Part shown: positions 55,702 through 64,000 of the stretch, in pieces
How positions within the stretch are numbered: position 1 is the stretch's first letter
How the letters are laid out: each line of letters starts with the position of its first letter
NCBI GenBank assembly: GCA_024281675.1
Contig: JAMXAG010000008.1
Location: 17,737 to 81,736, forward strand
DNA from: Nitrosomonas sp.
GTDB taxonomy: Bacteria; Pseudomonadota; Gammaproteobacteria; Burkholderiales; Nitrosomonadaceae
Direction of reading: 5' to 3'
DNA length: 64,000 nucleotides
Position numbers and translations under genes: made by a program
Notes under the pieces: model-generated
Databases searched by the model: none
Seen by the model: only the letters and a program-made list of their open reading frames with translations
What the model was told of the DNA's origin: nothing

Positions 55702-55815
55702 AATCATGGTATTTTGATGCTGATTTTGATTGTTGGCCATCAGCCATGAGTATTTGAATTAACCGCACCAAACTGCCAGCTTATTATCATCTCATTGAAA
55801 TACTGGAGAATCAGT

Positions 55816-56145
55816 ATGGAAAAAACAAAATTGAAAAATTGGTTATTCGGCTTCATGTTCACTGTCATTCTTGCGACAAGCAATGCATGGTCAGCGCAAG
55901 ATGAGAAAAACAATCCAGGGTTTGCGTGGAAGGATGGCGCAGAAATTTACGCCAAAATTTGCGCATATTGTCATGAAGCCCAAGTCGGGCCGCAAATTCG
56001 CAATCGCGACCTTCCCGCAGCTTATATCCGTGCAGTCGTTCGCAATGGTAACCGAGCCATGCCGGCTTTTCGTCCTTCAGAAATCGACGACGAATCATTA
56101 GTCAAACTGGCGGATTTCATTTCAAAAAAAGAAGCTCAACATTAA
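55816..56145 (+). CDS. pchC: p-Cresol methylhydroxylase-type cytochrome c subunit
   Basis: Signal peptide, CAYCH, VRNGNRAMPAFRPSEIDD; upstream of pchX and pchF. Confidence 0.8.
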   Translation: MEKTKLKNWLFGFMFTVILATSNAWSAQDEKNNPGFAWKDGAEIYAKICAYCHEAQVGPQIRNRDLPAAYIRAVVRNGNRAMPAFRPSEIDDESLVKLADFISKKEAQH

Positions 56146-56159
56146 GGAGGGCACATTCC

Positions 56160-57110
56160 ATGGATGAAACGCGACGTAGCTTCATCAAAGGCATGCTGAC
56201 TGGTGGAACCCTGTTGGTCTTCGGCATTCCTGCCACCACTCAAGCACTATCCACCAGCCAAATACCTTCCGGTAATATGCGCGATTGTCACTTGTTACTG
56301 GGAAATACCCCCATAGACGAAGCCTTTGCCAAAGGTGCCCAAGCCGCGTGTACCCGTTTCAGCAGCTTCAACCAAGAAGGTACATTACCAGCATTTCAAT
56401 TAGCAGATGAGCTATTAACCAACCCTCTGCATATAGCCGATTTATTGACACAATCCCGGAATATGCGCTGGGTAGCTCTCATGGACTATGCCAATGCGGC
56501 CATATTCACTGAGTTGGTGCGAAACTCTGAGCGGCATCTCCTTGCATTAGGTTCGCATATGTTCGTATCCAGCGATAGCGCCGTCCTCCCGCAGCGCCAT
56601 GTGTGGACTACCGCATCACCGGCATACAGCGCCGGAGGATTGCTGGCCTCCCTGCTTACTCAAAGTCAGCATGATTTCTCTATCGTCGAAAATTTTCTTG
56701 AACAAACGGCGGTTGATAAAGCAATGAGCGATTCATCATTAGCGGGGTTTTCGTCTTTTCGGCTGGCTGAGCAACCCGCGATGCATTTGTATTGTGCCGG
56801 AGTATCTCCGCTGGAAGCCAGTCAACAGATTGGCTGGAAAGCATCAGAAAATTGGCAACCGGTATTATCCCGAGGCGATGAATCTTCCATCGACCAAGAC
56901 AAAACCATAATGGATGCGGCAATTGAACATCCCCGATTTGACAACTGGATAGAAGCTACCGGTTTTGCGGTTGTGGCAACTGCATTGAGTATGGGAATAC
57001 AGCAAGCATCTTGCTCCAACCGCGCATTTGTCCATCGATCGAATCAACGCAATTCAAACCATCAAGGGTTATCGGGACAACAGTTCGTTTCATTTGTCAT
57101 CGACGTGTAG
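56160..57110 (+). CDS. PchX-like accessory protein (twin-arginine-like N-terminus)
   Basis: TRRSFIKGML; sits between the cytochrome and flavoprotein genes as in pchCXF. Confidence 0.65.
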   Translation: MDETRRSFIKGMLTGGTLLVFGIPATTQALSTSQIPSGNMRDCHLLLGNTPIDEAFAKGAQAACTRFSSFNQEGTLPAFQLADELLTNPLHIADLLTQSRNMRWVALMDYANAAIFTELVRNSERHLLALGSHMFVSSDSAVLPQRHVWTTASPAYSAGGLLASLLTQSQHDFSIVENFLEQTAVDKAMSDSSLAGFSSFRLAEQPAMHLYCAGVSPLEASQQIGWKASENWQPVLSRGDESSIDQDKTIMDAAIEHPRFDNWIEATGFAVVATALSMGIQQASCSNRAFVHRSNQRNSNHQGLSGQQFVSFVIDV

Positions 57111-57121
57111 GAGAAAACAGC

Positions 57122-58666
57122 ATGACCAGTCAATATATCGCATTGCCCAAAGGTGTGTCGGAAAAAAACTTCGATGCGGCCATCCGTGATTTTCGCAAAG
57201 TACTGGGCGACGCTGCTGTACTCACCAGTGCTGAACAGCTTGCACCTTACATCAAGACGATGATGCCGGTTTCCGATGCAGACCATACGCCATCCGCGGC
57301 ATTACTGGCCACAACCGTCGAGCAAATCCAGAAAATCGTTGCGATTTGCAATCAATACAAAGTACCGGTTTGGATGATTTCCACCGGAAAAAATCTGGGT
57401 TATGGCTCGGCAGCTCCGGCAGAGCGTGGTCAGGTGGTGCTTGATCTCAAGCGCATGAATCGCATTCTCGAAGTGGATAAGGATTTGGCCTTTGCCTTGG
57501 TCGAACCGGGTGTAACCTATCAACAACTCTACGATTACATCAAAGAACACAAGCTGGGTTTATGGCTATCCATGCCCGCCCCTTCTGCCATCGCAGGACC
57601 GGTTGGTAACACGCTGGATCGCGGCGTGGGTTACACGCCCTATGGCGAGCACTTTTTGTTCGCTTGCGGCATGGAGGTCGTGCTGGCGAATGGAGAAGTG
57701 TTGCGTACCGGCATGGGTTCAGTGCCCAATTCCAACACCTGGCAGGTATTCAAATGGGGCTATGGCCCCTATCTGGATGGCATTTTTACCCAATCCAACT
57801 ATGGCATCGTCACTAAATTCGGTTTCTGGTTAATGCCGGAACCGCCAGCATTCAAGCCGTTTGTGATCCAGTACCAGCACGAAGAAGACATCGTGGAGAT
57901 CGTCGAAACGATTCGCCCGCTGCGCATCAGCGGTGTGATTCCCAACGCTGTAGTCATTGCCCATGCGCTCTATGAGGCTCCGGTAAAAGCCAAGCGCAGT
58001 GATTATGTGTCCGGGCCGGGTTCAATTCCGGATGAAGCGGTGTATCGTATTATGAAAGATCACAAACTGGGGATCTGGAACGTCTATGCTGCGCTTTATG
58101 GCACGCAGGAGCAGATTGATGTGAACTGGAACATCGTCACACAAGCGTTCACTCAATCGGGCAAAGCAAAAATCATGACAGAACAGGAAGCAGGTGATGA
58201 TCCGGCATTTGCTTATCGCGCCAAGCTCATGCGCGGAGAAATGACGCTCACGGAATTTTCGTTGTATAACTGGCGTGGAGGTGGCGGGTCAATGTGGTTT
58301 GCGCCCGTCTCTCAAGCGCGCGGCAGTGAAACCTTGAAACAAATGGCTCTGACCAAGCAGATATTGGCCAAGTACGGACTGGATTATTCCGGCGAATTTA
58401 TCGTCGGAATGCGCGATATGCATCACATTGTCGATGTACTGTACGACAAAACCGACCCAGAGCAGACGAAGGCGGCCTATCAATGTTTCGAGGAATTGCT
58501 GACCGAATTCTCCGCGCGCGGGTATGGAACTTATCGCGTCAATACGGCATTTATGGATAAAGTCGCCGAAACCTATGGCCCAGTGCAGAGAAATGTTCAC
58601 AAAATACTTAAAAAAGCACTGGATCCCAATGGCATTCTTGCACCGGGAAAATCAGGCATACGCTAG
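57122..58666 (+). CDS. pchF: p-Cresol methylhydroxylase-type flavoprotein (VAO/PCMH family)
   Basis: ISTGKNLGYGSAAP, PVGNTLDRGVGYTPYGEH, FKWGYGP, LYNWRGGGGSMWFAPVS (covalent-FAD Tyr region), DPNGILAPGKSG. Confidence 0.9.
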   Translation: MTSQYIALPKGVSEKNFDAAIRDFRKVLGDAAVLTSAEQLAPYIKTMMPVSDADHTPSAALLATTVEQIQKIVAICNQYKVPVWMISTGKNLGYGSAAPAERGQVVLDLKRMNRILEVDKDLAFALVEPGVTYQQLYDYIKEHKLGLWLSMPAPSAIAGPVGNTLDRGVGYTPYGEHFLFACGMEVVLANGEVLRTGMGSVPNSNTWQVFKWGYGPYLDGIFTQSNYGIVTKFGFWLMPEPPAFKPFVIQYQHEEDIVEIVETIRPLRISGVIPNAVVIAHALYEAPVKAKRSDYVSGPGSIPDEAVYRIMKDHKLGIWNVYAALYGTQEQIDVNWNIVTQAFTQSGKAKIMTEQEAGDDPAFAYRAKLMRGEMTLTEFSLYNWRGGGGSMWFAPVSQARGSETLKQMALTKQILAKYGLDYSGEFIVGMRDMHHIVDVLYDKTDPEQTKAAYQCFEELLTEFSARGYGTYRVNTAFMDKVAETYGPVQRNVHKILKKALDPNGILAPGKSGIR

Positions 58667-58716
58667 TTTCATTTTGACCTTGAGCAAGACCTAACGATTC
58701 CAAAGCGGAGGTACCC

Positions 58717-59826
58717 GTGAAAAAAATCAAGGCAGCCGTCGTCCGTCAGAAAGGCGGGCCTTTTCAGATTGAAGATCTGATGCAGGATGATCCGCGATCC
58801 GATGAAGTGCGCGTCCGCATGGTAGCGACGGGAATGTGCCATACCGATATGGTTGCGCGCGATCAGCTCTACGAAGTGCCTCTGCCAGTGGTATTGGGGC
58901 ATGAAGGCTCGGGCGTAGTCGAGCAGATTGGCAGCCATGTGAAGAAAGTCGCAGTTGGCGACCATGTGGTGCTGACCTATATGTGGTGCGGGCACTGCAA
59001 GTCCTGCCTACGCGGTGATTTGACCTATTGCGAGCAATTTTATGCGCTGAATTTCAATGGCGCACGCGAAGATGGCAGCACGTCGACCTTTACAACCGGC
59101 AACACACCAGAACCGATCCACGATCATTTCTTCGGACAATCGTCGTTTGGCACCTTTGCGCTGGTGCATGAGCGCAACGTCATCAAAGTTCCCAAAGATG
59201 CGCCCTTGGAGCTTCTTGGCCCACTGGGTTGCGGCATTCAGACCGGTGCCGGAGCCGTCATAAACGCACTCAAAGTCAGTCCGGGCAGCAGTTTTGCAGC
59301 TTTTGGCGGCGGCGCAGTGGGACTCAGTGCTGTGATGGCGGCACGCGCTGCCGGTGCTACGACCATCATCTCGGCCGATGTGGTTCCTTCGCGCTTGGCC
59401 CTGGCGATGGAACTCGGGGCAACCCATACCATTAACAGCCGGGAAACCGACCCGGTCGAAGCGGTTCGCAAAATAACGCATGGCGGCGCTGATTTTACTC
59501 TGGAATCGAGCGGGCGCCCTGCTGTACTGCGTCAAGCCATTGATGCATTGGCTATCCGTGGGACATGCGGCATTGTCGGCGCACCGGCCTTGGGTACCGA
59601 AGCGAGTTTCGATGTAAACGGAGTGATGACGATAGGAAAACGCATTATCGGAATCATTGAAGGCGATAGTAAACCGGATCTTTTTATTCCAGCACTGGTT
59701 GAGCTTTATCAGCAGGGAAGATTTCCTTTTGACAAGCTGGTGAGGTTTTATTCCCTCGATCAAATCAATCAGGCCGCTGAAGATAGTGAGAAGGGCATCA
59801 CGATTAAACCGATCATTCGACTCTAA
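58717..59826 (+). CDS. Zn-dependent aryl/benzyl-alcohol dehydrogenase
   Basis: GMCHTD, GHEG, CGHCKSC...[22 protein letters not shown]. Confidence 0.88.
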   Translation: MKKIKAAVVRQKGGPFQIEDLMQDDPRSDEVRVRMVATGMCHTDMVARDQLYEVPLPVVLGHEGSGVVEQIGSHVKKVAVGDHVVLTYMWCGHCKSCLRGDLTYCEQFYALNFNGAREDGSTSTFTTGNTPEPIHDHFFGQSSFGTFALVHERNVIKVPKDAPLELLGPLGCGIQTGAGAVINALKVSPGSSFAAFGGGAVGLSAVMAARAAGATTIISADVVPSRLALAMELGATHTINSRETDPVEAVRKITHGGADFTLESSGRPAVLRQAIDALAIRGTCGIVGAPALGTEASFDVNGVMTIGKRIIGIIEGDSKPDLFIPALVELYQQGRFPFDKLVRFYSLDQINQAAEDSEKGITIKPIIRL

Positions 59827-59888
59827 TCAACACTTGTGTACTTCACTTTGAGTGGATTTTCCAAGAAAACACGCATGAGGAATGCCTT

Positions 59889-61391
59889 ATGGAAAAGAAA
59901 TCAGCATCCCAATCGCCTTATTCAAATTTCGACCAACTATTCATCAATGGCCAATGGCGTCACGGCAAGGGAGCAAAGATTCTGCGCGACTTCAATCCCT
60001 ATGACGGCAGCACGCTGGTCGAAATACCCCATGCCAATCGCGATGACTTGGACGAAGCCTATCGCGGCGGCGCCAAGGCGCAGCATGCATGGGCGGCGTT
60101 AATACCGGGCGAGCGGGCAGCCATCATGCGCCGCGCGGCGCAAATCATGGAAGCACGGCGCGAAGAAATTGTATCCTGGATCATTCATGAGTCAGGCGGC
60201 ACGCGCATCAAAGCCAACCTGGAATGGAACGCCGTGCATGGTGTGCTTCTGGAGGCAACTACCCTGCCCTATTTGGTGGAGGGCCGGATTCTTCCGGCAG
60301 ACATTCCCGGTAAGGAAAGCCGCATGTATCGCAAACCCGTGGGGGTTGTCGGGGTGATCAGTCCCTGGAATTGGCCATTCCAGCTCACTGCCCGTTCTGC
60401 AGCGCCCGCACTCGCTGTCGGTAATGCTGTCGTGGTCAAGCCAGCCAGCGATACTCCGGTAACGGGCGGACTGCTGTTTGCAAAAATCCTTGAAGAAGCG
60501 GGATTGCCTGCGGGTGTACTCAGCATTATCGTCGGTGCGGGCAGCGAGATTGGCGATGCCTTTGTCACCCACCCCATTCCTCGTGTCATATCGTTTACCG
60601 GCTCCACACCGGTTGGCCGCAATATCGCAAGATTGGCAGCCGAAGGACCCATGCTGAAGCGACTGGAATTGGAATTGGGTGGAAATGGCCCGTTTGTGGT
60701 ATTGAATGATGCCGATATGGGACAAGCCGTGGAAGCTGCCGTGTTTGGTAAGTTTCTGCACCAGGGCCAGACTTGCATGAGCGTTAACCGCTTCATTATT
60801 GAAGATCGGATTCACGATGAGTTTGTCGAGCGCTTTGCTGATCGGGTACGTCAACTGAAAGTGGGCGATCCGGACGCAGCGGATACCATGATTGGTCCAA
60901 TTATCAATGAATCCCAGTTGAATGGTCTGCAGCAAAGGATCCACGACGCCATTTCATCGGGAGCCCATCAAATGGTGGGGGGTGACGCACAAGGCCTGGT
61001 GCTTCCCCCCCATGTATTCTCTCAAGTCACCAATCAGATGCCATTGGCACAAACGGAATCGTTCGGCCCCATCGCACCGATCATACGTGCGCGCAATGAA
61101 ACGGATGCATTGAATATCGCCAACGATACCGACCTTGGGTTGGCTGCCGCGGTGTTTACGCAAGATGTCGAACGCGGCCTTCGGTTTGCACAACAACTCG
61201 AATCGGGCATGGCGCATATCAATGACCAGCCGGTCAATGACTTACCTTATAACCCCTTCGGCGGTGAAAAGAACTCAGGAGTCGGTCGTTTCAATGGCGT
61301 CTGGGCCGTCGCAGCATTCACGACCGATCAATGGATAACCGTTCAGCATACGCCGCGTCACTACCCTTTTGACGCGCGAGTCATTAAATGA
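59889..61391 (+). CDS. Aromatic aldehyde dehydrogenase (PchA/4-hydroxybenzaldehyde dehydrogenase-like)
   Basis: [41 protein letters not shown]. Confidence 0.88.
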   Translation: MEKKSASQSPYSNFDQLFINGQWRHGKGAKILRDFNPYDGSTLVEIPHANRDDLDEAYRGGAKAQHAWAALIPGERAAIMRRAAQIMEARREEIVSWIIHESGGTRIKANLEWNAVHGVLLEATTLPYLVEGRILPADIPGKESRMYRKPVGVVGVISPWNWPFQLTARSAAPALAVGNAVVVKPASDTPVTGGLLFAKILEEAGLPAGVLSIIVGAGSEIGDAFVTHPIPRVISFTGSTPVGRNIARLAAEGPMLKRLELELGGNGPFVVLNDADMGQAVEAAVFGKFLHQGQTCMSVNRFIIEDRIHDEFVERFADRVRQLKVGDPDAADTMIGPIINESQLNGLQQRIHDAISSGAHQMVGGDAQGLVLPPHVFSQVTNQMPLAQTESFGPIAPIIRARNETDALNIANDTDLGLAAAVFTQDVERGLRFAQQLESGMAHINDQPVNDLPYNPFGGEKNSGVGRFNGVWAVAAFTTDQWITVQHTPRHYPFDARVIK

Positions 61392-61548
61392 TCTTGTGAG
61401 AAACAAGTACGACAGTTAGGTAACAGAAAGACTGAAACCATCTTCTAGATATTTTATAGCGATCATGATAAGTTGGCTAATTACTGTGACGACGTAGCCA
61501 AAGAAATGACCACGAAAGCTACATAAAAAAGAAAGCCTTGCAACAACT

Positions 61549-61782
61549 ATGAAGATAAGAGTCAGTACTATGGAAGAGGAAGACAGGATTTCCAAACATG
61601 CCACGGCCAATTTACGCTATTATGAGCAAGCTGCACAAGAAGCACAAAAACAGGCTCATTTTCATCGAAAGATAGCGGCAGAATTGTTGCAACACGAATA
61701 TGCAAAGCCGGCAGCAGCACTTGGCCAACACGGTGATCATGCAAGCGAGACCGAGCTAAATTCAGATGTTTACAATTTGTAA
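61549..61782 (+). CDS. Small hypothetical helical protein (possibly a fragment)
   Basis: 77-aa ORF rich in Ala, Gln and His; no family recognised. Confidence 0.3.
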   Translation: MKIRVSTMEEEDRISKHATANLRYYEQAAQEAQKQAHFHRKIAAELLQHEYAKPAAALGQHGDHASETELNSDVYNL

Positions 61783-62004
61783 ACACCTGAAAAATTGACT
61801 TTGACTTTGAATTTAACAAAGTAAAGAACCGCAGCAGGAATATTTGATTCAAAGCAGAGCGTTTTCAAAATGCCCAAGGTAATAAAAACCTTGGGCATTT
61901 AATTTTCCTTACTGGTACCTACTCATCCAAATCTGATCATGCAGTTCTATATTGACTGAATATTTGATCAGACCAGAGGTGAGATCACTATTTGATTTAA
62001 GAAT

Positions 62005-62275
62005 TTAATCGTCAAAGATTTCAACCAGCTTGTCATTTTCATCGACTTTTATCTCAATTTTCTTGCCGTCAGCTTCATAAATGACAATACTTCTTTCTGT
62101 TTCCCTCTTCACGTTTAAAACTTCGCCGCTTTGTGCATGCTCAGTGATTGATTGCTGTACTTTGGTCGGTACCTGAGGCCATTCAACTTTCTCTTCATTA
62201 CAGCCAGCACAAACTTAAAGTTGGGAATGCTAAGGGTATCAGCACAGAAATTGCGAACGTCTTAATATCTATCAT
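62005..62275 (-). pseudogene. Frameshifted small lipoprotein (PepSY-like)
   Basis: MIDIKTFAISVLIPLAF in one frame; FVAGCNEEKVEWPQVPTKVQQSI...YEADGKKIEIKVDEN in another. Confidence 0.4.
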
Positions 62276-62685
62276 GACTCTCTTTTTTATTTACGATAAT
62301 GTAAATAAATTCAGATACTTGATTAAAACCCAATGATGATTGAAGATTTAAATCCGCATTAGCGCGCATCTCAATGCTACGTATCGCACGAGCAATGCAT
62401 TGTTAGATATCGGAGAAGAAGTATTTTTGCATTGAAGACTGATGATTAATACACTGAAACCAAAATTGGCAAAGCGGATGGGTATGCCGATGGTAAAGAT
62501 AACATTCCTGCATAAATCAAATTTTTGAGTGTTCTCAACGCTCTTCGGTATCGAGAAATTTGTCGCCTGTAGATTTCGATAACAGAAAATCTAGAACAAT
62601 TGAGCCAGATCAAGTCGGTGTCACTGCAATGCTCGTCTCAAGCCTAATTACGACAACTCATAACAACCCTCATTTAGGAAATAAA

Positions 62686-63099
62686 ATGACTATAAAACCA
62701 AAGATTATAATTTCGTCGCTCGACGCAATAAGACTGGAAAAGCTTATGGACGCATTGCCCGATTCCACATTCCCAGACAAAGACGATTTGGAAGCTGAAC
62801 TTGCCCGTGCTGAAGTAGTGGATCCTAAGGAGATTCCATCAACCGTGGTGACAATGAATTCAACCGTAAGATTCAGAATCGAATCTACTTCCCAGGATTT
62901 TTATTTAACTCTGGTATATCCCAAAGATGTTGAGGCCAATGGCGGTACAATTTCTATACTTGCGCCGGTAGGAAGTGCGCTGCTTGGTCTTTCCCAAGGC
63001 GATGAAATTGAGTGGCCGAAGCCTGGCGGCGGAGTGTTGCAAGTACGCATTGAAGAAGTCACATATCAACCAGAACGATCCGGTGAGTATCTTCGCTAA
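62686..63099 (+). CDS. rnk: Regulator of nucleoside diphosphate kinase (GreA/B-like)
   Basis: ELARAEVV...VVTMNSTVRF...LTLVYP...ISILAPVGSALLGL...YQPERSG. Confidence 0.92.
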   Translation: MTIKPKIIISSLDAIRLEKLMDALPDSTFPDKDDLEAELARAEVVDPKEIPSTVVTMNSTVRFRIESTSQDFYLTLVYPKDVEANGGTISILAPVGSALLGLSQGDEIEWPKPGGGVLQVRIEEVTYQPERSGEYLR

Positions 63100-63424
63100 A
63101 GGCTTCTACTCGGAGCCTGATGTATCCTGTTATTTTAATGACCGTTAGCCAAATTTAGCAGTAGCCATACTATTTCCTGCGATTCTGTTTTAACCTGTAA
63201 ATCTGAGACATGGTGATGTAACTTGGATTATCGGGGTAGTCAGAAGGAAGAAGCGATAGGTAAGTTTCCTAGTGGTAGCTGGGCACGTATTGATCCATCA
63301 AAGCAAGCAAATGAAAATCCTAGCGCCCTTGGATACTATGGTATTGGTGGATATGAGGAATCAAACCCACAGAGATTAAAAAATAATCATGTCAAGATTT
63401 GACATGATTTATAGTTGGTATATT

Positions 63425-63444
63425 ATTAAACCATATGGTTTAAT
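63425..63444. promoter_or_regulatory. Perfect 20-bp palindrome (putative ArsR-type operator)
   Basis: attaaaccat|atggtttaat, downstream of a TTGACA and upstream of the SRPBCC gene. Confidence 0.55.
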
Positions 63445-63579
63445 GTTTATTAGATTACGATACGGTTTTTCAGGCACTGATTGATAAAACACGGCATTAG
63501 AGACCAAGTAGCGCAAGCGAATGTTAAAAATATAGCAATGCCGCAGTAGGCTTAGCCAATAAAGGAGTGCTAAATAAAT

Positions 63580-64000
63580 ATGAATACGCCAATAATAAAA
63601 AAAGATATTGTTAACAAGATTATTACTGTGGAACGAGTTTTTGTAGCCCCCAAAAACCGAGTGTGGAAAGCGTGGACAGATATTACATGGCTTGATAAAT
63701 GGTGGGCTCCAAAACCTTGGATTGCTATAACCAAGTCATTTGATTTTAGCGAGGGTGGGCATTGGCATTATTGTATGTCTGGTCCAGAGGGTGAGAAGAT
63801 ATGGGTGTGGATGGAGTTTGAGTCTATTGAACCAGAAAATAGTTTTACCGCACAAGATATTTTTTGTGATGACAAGGGTAAATTAAATGAAGAAATGCCT
63901 AAAATGCATTGGAAATATGAATTTAGAGATAATGGCGAGGCTACAACCGTTCATGTGACAATTACTTTTAATACAATAGATGATATGGAAAAAATTATTG
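63580..64000 (+). CDS. SRPBCC/AHSA1-family protein, truncated by the right window edge
   Basis: VERVFVAPKNRVWKAWTD...KWWAPKPW...FDFSEGGHWHYCMSGPEG; manual translation. Confidence 0.85.
   Translation, partial: MNTPIIKKDIVNKIITVERVFVAPKNRVWKAWTDITWLDKWWAPKPWIAITKSFDFSEGGHWHYCMSGPEGEKIWVWMEFESIEPENSFTAQDIFCDDKGKLNEEMPKMHWKYEFRDNGEATTVHVTITFNTIDDMEKII

Noticed and set aside
59008-60944. 251-aa and 250-aa minus-strand ORFs
   Set aside because: Antisense to well-conserved adh and aldh genes; no recognisable motifs

Overview
64-kb bacterial chromosome window. The host is probably a Nitrosomonadaceae-like betaproteobacterium; this is inferred from protein similarity and not verified. The left ~28.7 kb is mostly core genes: glucan phosphorylase (partial), glk, holA-lptE-leuS, cheW-MCP, lpdA and proA. 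It also holds a CorA/MopE-like copper-binding protein paired with a MauG-type di-haem peroxidase, an ATP-grasp/7TM-transglutaminase/protease triad, an IS200 and an orphan arsDA pair. From a tRNA-Thr 3'-end fragment at 28722 the window is accessory DNA. A ~13-kb integrative element carries a tyrosine integrase, a TA pair, an excisionase and a P2-gpA-type rolling-circle Rep with its putative nick site, but no capsid or conjugation genes. It also carries a complete type II-C CRISPR-Cas locus: tracrRNA, cas9 cleanly interrupted by an IS3 with a TAC target duplication, cas1, cas2, and 18 repeats with 17 spacers. Two more tRNA-Thr 3' fragments (41757, 41932) suggest tandem integrations. After them come vapBC, a frameshifted MscK, a decayed higB with intact higA, a TetR-DUF4242-TPR unit, a Cu-ATPase, wrbA, a LigB-type dioxygenase, a p-cresol methylhydroxylase cluster (pchC-X-F plus alcohol and aldehyde dehydrogenases), rnk and a partial SRPBCC gene. 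No database searches were run; family calls rest on motifs recognised in the translations.
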